64,000 nucleotides of DNA from Candidatus Latescibacterota bacterium (GTDB taxonomy: Bacteria; Latescibacterota; CBDEFO01), in assembly GCA_965248755.1 (NCBI GenBank), contig OZ252149.1, positions 256,001 through 320,000 on the forward strand, given 5' to 3'. The notes under the pieces are model-generated. The model did not search any database. It was not told the origin of the DNA and saw only the letters and a list, made by a program, of their open reading frames with translations. Below are positions 59,318-64,000 of the stretch, piece by piece. The translations under genes were made by a program, and so were the position numbers. The first letter of the stretch is position 1. The number at the start of each line of letters is the position of its first letter.

Positions 59318-61075
59318 CTAACCGGACTTCACCTCCTCAGGCAAGATGCCGCCGCCCAGCGGGTTGGCCTTGAAATGCTGTTCGATCCATGGCTTGTGCA
59401 TTTCAAGGCGTAGTTCTTCGGCGAAACTGAAGAGGTTGCGCGTCAGATCGTCCTCCGAACTCCGTCGATGCGTGGGAGGCGGACCCGCAGGATCGGGCAC
59501 TACCTGTCCCTTCAACCCCACAAAACCACCGACTACCTCGTCGATCCGGGCATCGCTTAAATAGCCCAGCTTCCAGTCAAAGTAGAGATCCAGTGCCGCC
59601 CTGAAAACCATTGCATCCACGCGATTACCATGCAGGCGAACCGCCATGGCCTCGTGCACCGCCACATCCACCGTCCCCCTCACGCTCTGCCAGAGGCCAA
59701 TCATCCGATCGATCAGTTCAATTGCCTCATCCTTCTCGGCCAGTGCGCGGACCTTTACTTCCGGCGTGATCGGCTCACTGCCGAACAGCAGACGGGTGCC
59801 GGGGAGGGCCCTAATCTCGGCGGCGCGTTGCTCAGGGTACATATCCAGCGGCAAATCCAGACCGATATGGCCCGGTATGCGTGGCGCTTCCCGATAGGGC
59901 CCGCAAAGATGCGAATCAAGGTAGACCAGAGATGCAAGCTGGCTCTGCCCACTGGCCATCAGGCCCTGACACATGAACACGTTTATGCTCGCCTTCTGGC
60001 TGAGACGAAGAATCTCCACGACGGCGGGCGCTGCATCCGCACCATACGTCTGCGCAGCCCAGTCAAACATGATGGCCCCAGGCTCCGTCTCCGGATCGCT
60101 CGCATATCGGTCCAGGGCATACCAGTGCGCCATGTTCCAGGGATGGTCCCACTCGGTACGGTTGATGAACGCCTGTACCCAATACCCGGACAACCGCAAA
60201 CGGCTGATCTCCCGAAACGTACGCGCCCATGCTTCTACCATCGAGCAAGGAAAGAGATTCATACCCCGGTACTGCCCGGGCAACTGGATGCGCGGCAGAT
60301 AAGGCGCACGACCAGAGGACGGAACCCGAAGATGGTCATACATTGGATTCGCCGGCCATCCTGGTTCCTGGTCCCAGTAAAGATCAGAGAACATCACCAC
60401 AACGTTCTCAGGCAGCTGACCCGTCAGGTCAGAAAAGAGTTCGATTTCAACGCGCTGGCCCCAGGGGTCGTCCTGGTGGTTGTTCCAGAGCAGCAACGCG
60501 TCGTGACCAGCGAGCAGTCCCCCCAGAAACCGTAGCGCCTCGATCAGACGCTCTCGGCGGCTCAAAGACCCACACCTGGAACAGTCACACATCCAGGGCG
60601 CACCGTTCGACATGTAGTATTCAGTCGTAATGCCGAATGAATAACCTCCCAGATCGGGAATCTCCCGGAAGTCTGCGGCGACCGCCTCCTGCCAGAATCG
60701 CCGGACCTGCTCATTGAAGGGACACAAGAGAGGGGAGGTGCGCTTAAGGTCTCGATTACGGAGAGGCAGCCAGATCAGCTCACCCGTCTCCAACTCCGTC
60801 CACTGCCGGCAGATCAACAGCCGGATGCCCCTGGCCTTCAAATATCCAGCAAACGACGCCAGCACAGGACGCTGTTCATCCGTGTAATAGCGAAGGTCCA
60901 GCGCGTTGATACCAATCGATGCGATAAAATCCACGAACCTGCCCAGCTCCGAATCCGCAGTAGGATTCAGCATCTCCCGCGACTGAAGAACTGTCGGTTC
61001 GTCGGTAAACAAAACGTCTCCGTCAATCTGCTGCCACAGAGTCATCACCCGCCAGGGCAGATCGTGTGAAGACAT
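59318..61075 (-). CDS. Family D: divergent GH67 (alpha-glucuronidase)-like protein
   Basis: FVDFIASIGINALDL and CPFNEQVRRFWQEAV....EIPDLGGY resemble the GH67 middle domain; CDCSRC; GAGG RBS. Confidence 0.55.
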   Translation of the reverse strand: MSSHDLPWRVMTLWQQIDGDVLFTDEPTVLQSREMLNPTADSELGRFVDFIASIGINALDLRYYTDEQRPVLASFAGYLKARGIRLLICRQWTELETGELIWLPLRNRDLKRTSPLLCPFNEQVRRFWQEAVAADFREIPDLGGYSFGITTEYYMSNGAPWMCDCSRCGSLSRRERLIEALRFLGGLLAGHDALLLWNNHQDDPWGQRVEIELFSDLTGQLPENVVVMFSDLYWDQEPGWPANPMYDHLRVPSSGRAPYLPRIQLPGQYRGMNLFPCSMVEAWARTFREISRLRLSGYWVQAFINRTEWDHPWNMAHWYALDRYASDPETEPGAIMFDWAAQTYGADAAPAVVEILRLSQKASINVFMCQGLMASGQSQLASLVYLDSHLCGPYREAPRIPGHIGLDLPLDMYPEQRAAEIRALPGTRLLFGSEPITPEVKVRALAEKDEAIELIDRMIGLWQSVRGTVDVAVHEAMAVRLHGNRVDAMVFRAALDLYFDWKLGYLSDARIDEVVGGFVGLKGQVVPDPAGPPPTHRRSSEDDLTRNLFSFAEELRLEMHKPWIEQHFKANPLGGGILPEEVKSG

Positions 61076-61412
61076 CGTGAACCTCCTCTCAGAAAAGCGT
61101 CTCGTCAGAGACGAAGCAGCAGACCCGATACCAGCGCGTTTGGCTCATACGCCAGTGATCACGCCGATACAGCGAAAAGAATCAGCCGCGTTAGTTGAAC
61201 TTCTACGAAATGGCTGCGCATCTTGCGACCTGCATCGTCCCAGTAATCAGCCAGACCCGCGGCGCTCAGCTTGAGCGGCAAGGGCAATCATGACAGCCAC
61301 CTCGCAGAGTTCGGATGTTTCCAATAGCTCAGGCCGCACCCGATGCACAGATAAGCTCCGCTAGCACACGGCACCCGTGCTACTGACGTCTCGCCTCATG
61401 TTATCCTACGTC

Positions 61413-63137
61413 TTACGGGTGTAACGTGATCGGCTGACGCTCGAGCTGCGACAGGGGAACCGTTGTTGTCAACGTCTCATACTGATCGCTGTAACGCTTG
61501 TAGACTCGCAGCGTCACCTGTTCTGGCAACGGGGCCTCCACCGACCAGTGGAAGAAACCAGCGGAGTCGGTATGGATGTGCCACCTGTTGAGCACTACAC
61601 ATGCGCCAGCAACCGGCTGACCCGTGTTATCCACAACCCGGTTAGAAATCTTTCGGCCTGCTTTCAGCTGGAACTCCTGTAGCTTAGCTTCCGGCCGGAC
61701 CTTGATGTGACGATGTTCTGGGGCATAACCCTCGGCTTCAACAGTCAGGACATAGTCGCCGAGTTTGACGGACTCTAACCGGAAGCGGCCCTGTTCGTCT
61801 GTCTGCACCGTTGGATATCCGTTCTCCTTTCGGATTGATCTGTATCCCAGTTCCGGAGAGCCGATTGTCAGCGGGGTGGCTTTCCAGGGCCCCAATTTGG
61901 TGGGGTGCTCCAGCCAATCGTCGGCCGCATATCGGTTGGGGCCTCGCTCGACCCGCGCACCCGCCACCGGTCCACCTCTTTCATCCAGAACTCGGCCGGT
62001 CAACGTGACGTGCGCAGGCGAGACCATGACCCTTTCAACAGAGAGCGGCCACACCTTCACACCGTCCTTGTCGTTGCCAATCGCCACCAGTTTGTTCGGA
62101 CCAGCTTTGATCATGTCGAACTGGCCGGTAATGAACGGCTCCGGCAGATGTGAGAAGCTGATCCGGTCTTGCCACGTATGGCCGTTGTCCAGGCTAAAGG
62201 CGATGTGAAAGCCCGGCCGACCGTACTCGATGGCTATCACGCCGTTGTCCAGCGCCGCCAGCGTTGGCGAGATGTTCATCAGGTGCGGCTGGGTCGCCAC
62301 CGGCTTTGTCCAGGTCTTTCCCAGATCGTCGGACCAGCACACGGCCATGGGCTTGTATTCGCCGGGATACTGGGAATATTGCGTACGCAGCATGGCCACC
62401 ATCCTTCCATTGGGCAACAGCGTGATGCTCGGCTCAGCGGCGCCGCAATATTGGCCGGGAAGCTCCGGATTCGGGTCCACCGGCTCATATGCAATGGAGG
62501 CGTAGAAGTTCCACTTCCGTCCTTGATCTATTGACCGGACAAGGATCGCCCGATGGATACTTTCGTCGTCCCCTTTGAAGCCTCCGTACATCGGGGCCAG
62601 CATGTCTCCGCTCGGAAGCTGCACCATCTTTCCCTTTGAGAGGCCGGGGTGCTTAACGTCCAGAGAGGGTGGGCCGGCATCGGGCAGGTAGATCTCGACG
62701 AGTTCGGACTCCCAGCTCATCATATCGTCCGCAAAGCGGACGAACATCACGTCGTACCAGCCTTCTTTGCCCTTGGCTGAGGGCTGCGGATCGTTTGTCG
62801 CCATGATAACGCCGCCGTCTCGCAGTGTGCCGCTGTCGTGGCCGGTCTGCTGGAGCGGGGAATCCATCTGCGGCCCCCAGGTGACCCCGCCGTCTGTGGA
62901 CGTTCGGTAATACTTCCGCGCCTTTGGATAGAAGGCCGCAACGACCCCCGTCCGGGAAACAGACAGACTCGCGGCATTCTGATACCTCATCGGGTGGAGG
63001 AAGGTTGGCTTACCGACTGTTATTTTGAGGATCTCAATTTCTTCCGCTGCCGCAGACTTCGCCCCACAACCAGCATGAGGCGCAATGGTCGCAAGGCAAA
63101 ACATAATACTTATTAGAGAAAGACAATCCCATTCCAT
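61413..63137 (-). CDS. Family B copy 3: exported Asp-box propeller plus carboxypeptidase-regulatory-like domains
   Basis: GGAGG RBS; signal peptide; STDGGVTW, SIDQGRKW, SDDLGKTW, SLDNGHTW. Confidence 0.82.
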   Translation of the reverse strand: MEWDCLSLISIMFCLATIAPHAGCGAKSAAAEEIEILKITVGKPTFLHPMRYQNAASLSVSRTGVVAAFYPKARKYYRTSTDGGVTWGPQMDSPLQQTGHDSGTLRDGGVIMATNDPQPSAKGKEGWYDVMFVRFADDMMSWESELVEIYLPDAGPPSLDVKHPGLSKGKMVQLPSGDMLAPMYGGFKGDDESIHRAILVRSIDQGRKWNFYASIAYEPVDPNPELPGQYCGAAEPSITLLPNGRMVAMLRTQYSQYPGEYKPMAVCWSDDLGKTWTKPVATQPHLMNISPTLAALDNGVIAIEYGRPGFHIAFSLDNGHTWQDRISFSHLPEPFITGQFDMIKAGPNKLVAIGNDKDGVKVWPLSVERVMVSPAHVTLTGRVLDERGGPVAGARVERGPNRYAADDWLEHPTKLGPWKATPLTIGSPELGYRSIRKENGYPTVQTDEQGRFRLESVKLGDYVLTVEAEGYAPEHRHIKVRPEAKLQEFQLKAGRKISNRVVDNTGQPVAGACVVLNRWHIHTDSAGFFHWSVEAPLPEQVTLRVYKRYSDQYETLTTTVPLSQLERQPITLHP

Positions 63138-63403
63138 GTGGATTCCTCCCATATTAGCAGCCGTGCAGGCCCTTTACGGGCCGTGATGCTCCGCCTGCAC
63201 GGGGAAGGCCCCGAACGGCAAAATAGCAAATCTCAGCTCATCCCACATAATACACGTTCTCTGCCGTGACATCCCAATGCGCTTTTAGAAACACCTTTCA
63301 CCTGGTCTGCGCCGGCTGGGGAATCGAACGATTTTGCCCGTCGCGCTTCCAGCACACAGGCTCCTGCAAGGTCCTCGTTGACATGCTACTGAGTACGACA
63401 CCA

Positions 63404-64000
63404 TTAACCGGACTTTCGCTCTTCGGGCAAAATTCCGCTATCTAACGGGTTGGCCTTGAAATGTTGTTCTATCCATGGCTTGTGCATTTCAAGGCGCAGT
63501 TCTTCGGCGAAACTGAAGAGGTTGCGCGTCAGCTCGTCCTCCACACTCCGCCGATGCGTGGGAGGCGGACCCGCAGGATCGGGCACCACCTGGCCCTTCA
63601 ACCCCGCAAAACCACCGACCACCTCGTCGATCCGGGCATCGATTAAACAGCCCAGCTTCCAGTCAAAGTAGAGATCCAGTACCGCCCTGAAAACCATGGC
63701 GTCCACGCGATTGCCATCCAGGCGAACCGCCAGGGCCTCGTGGGAAGCCGCATCCACCGACCCCTGCACGCTCTGCCAGAGGCCGATCATTCGATCGATC
63801 AGTTCGATTGCCTCATCCTTCTCGGCCAGTGCACGGGCCTTTACTTCCGGCGTGATCGGCTCGCGGCCGAACAACAGACGAGTGCCGGGGAGGGCCCTAA
63901 TCTCCGCAGCGCGTTGATCAGGGTACATATCCAACGGAAAGTCCAGACCGATCTGGCCCGGTATGCGCTGCATTCCCCGATAGGGCCCGCAAAGATGTGA
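63404..64000 (-). CDS. Family D paralogue, 5' end outside the window
   Basis: Frame open to the edge (SHLCGPYRGMQRIPG...); near-identical to the C-terminus of 59318-61075. Confidence 0.85.
   Translation of the reverse strand, partial: SHLCGPYRGMQRIPGQIGLDFPLDMYPDQRAAEIRALPGTRLLFGREPITPEVKARALAEKDEAIELIDRMIGLWQSVQGSVDAASHEALAVRLDGNRVDAMVFRAVLDLYFDWKLGCLIDARIDEVVGGFAGLKGQVVPDPAGPPPTHRRSVEDELTRNLFSFAEELRLEMHKPWIEQHFKANPLDSGILPEERKSG

Overview
Accessory bacterial region with no rRNA, tRNA or CRISPR array seen. Three layers are visible. (1) From about 14.7 kb to the right edge, almost all genes lie on the minus strand and form a glycan-processing-like locus built from four locally expanded paralogue families: five GH123/DUF4091-like TIM-barrel plus HEAT-repeat proteins, three Asp-box (BNR) propeller proteins with carboxypeptidase-regulatory-like tails, a tandem DUF4838-type array (two intact genes, one pseudogene, two remnants), and two GH67-like genes. 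Sugar oxidoreductases, an isomerase and a membrane-anchored ECF sigma factor are interspersed. The paralogues show mosaic recombination, shared leaders and repeated gain or loss of signal peptides. (2) A degraded integron at 30.9-36.6 kb has several attC sites, an IntI C-terminal remnant co-oriented with the cassettes, and an IS3-family insertion with a 4-bp target duplication. A second IntI/attI-like remnant lies at 49.0-49.3 kb. (3) The left arm carries TPR, ADP-ribosylglycohydrolase, GNAT, DHDPS-like, frameshifted Lit-like protease and acyl-CoA synthetase genes, plus a 21-bp palindrome family that occurs in frame inside coding sequences. All functional calls come from motif recognition by eye; no database search was run.
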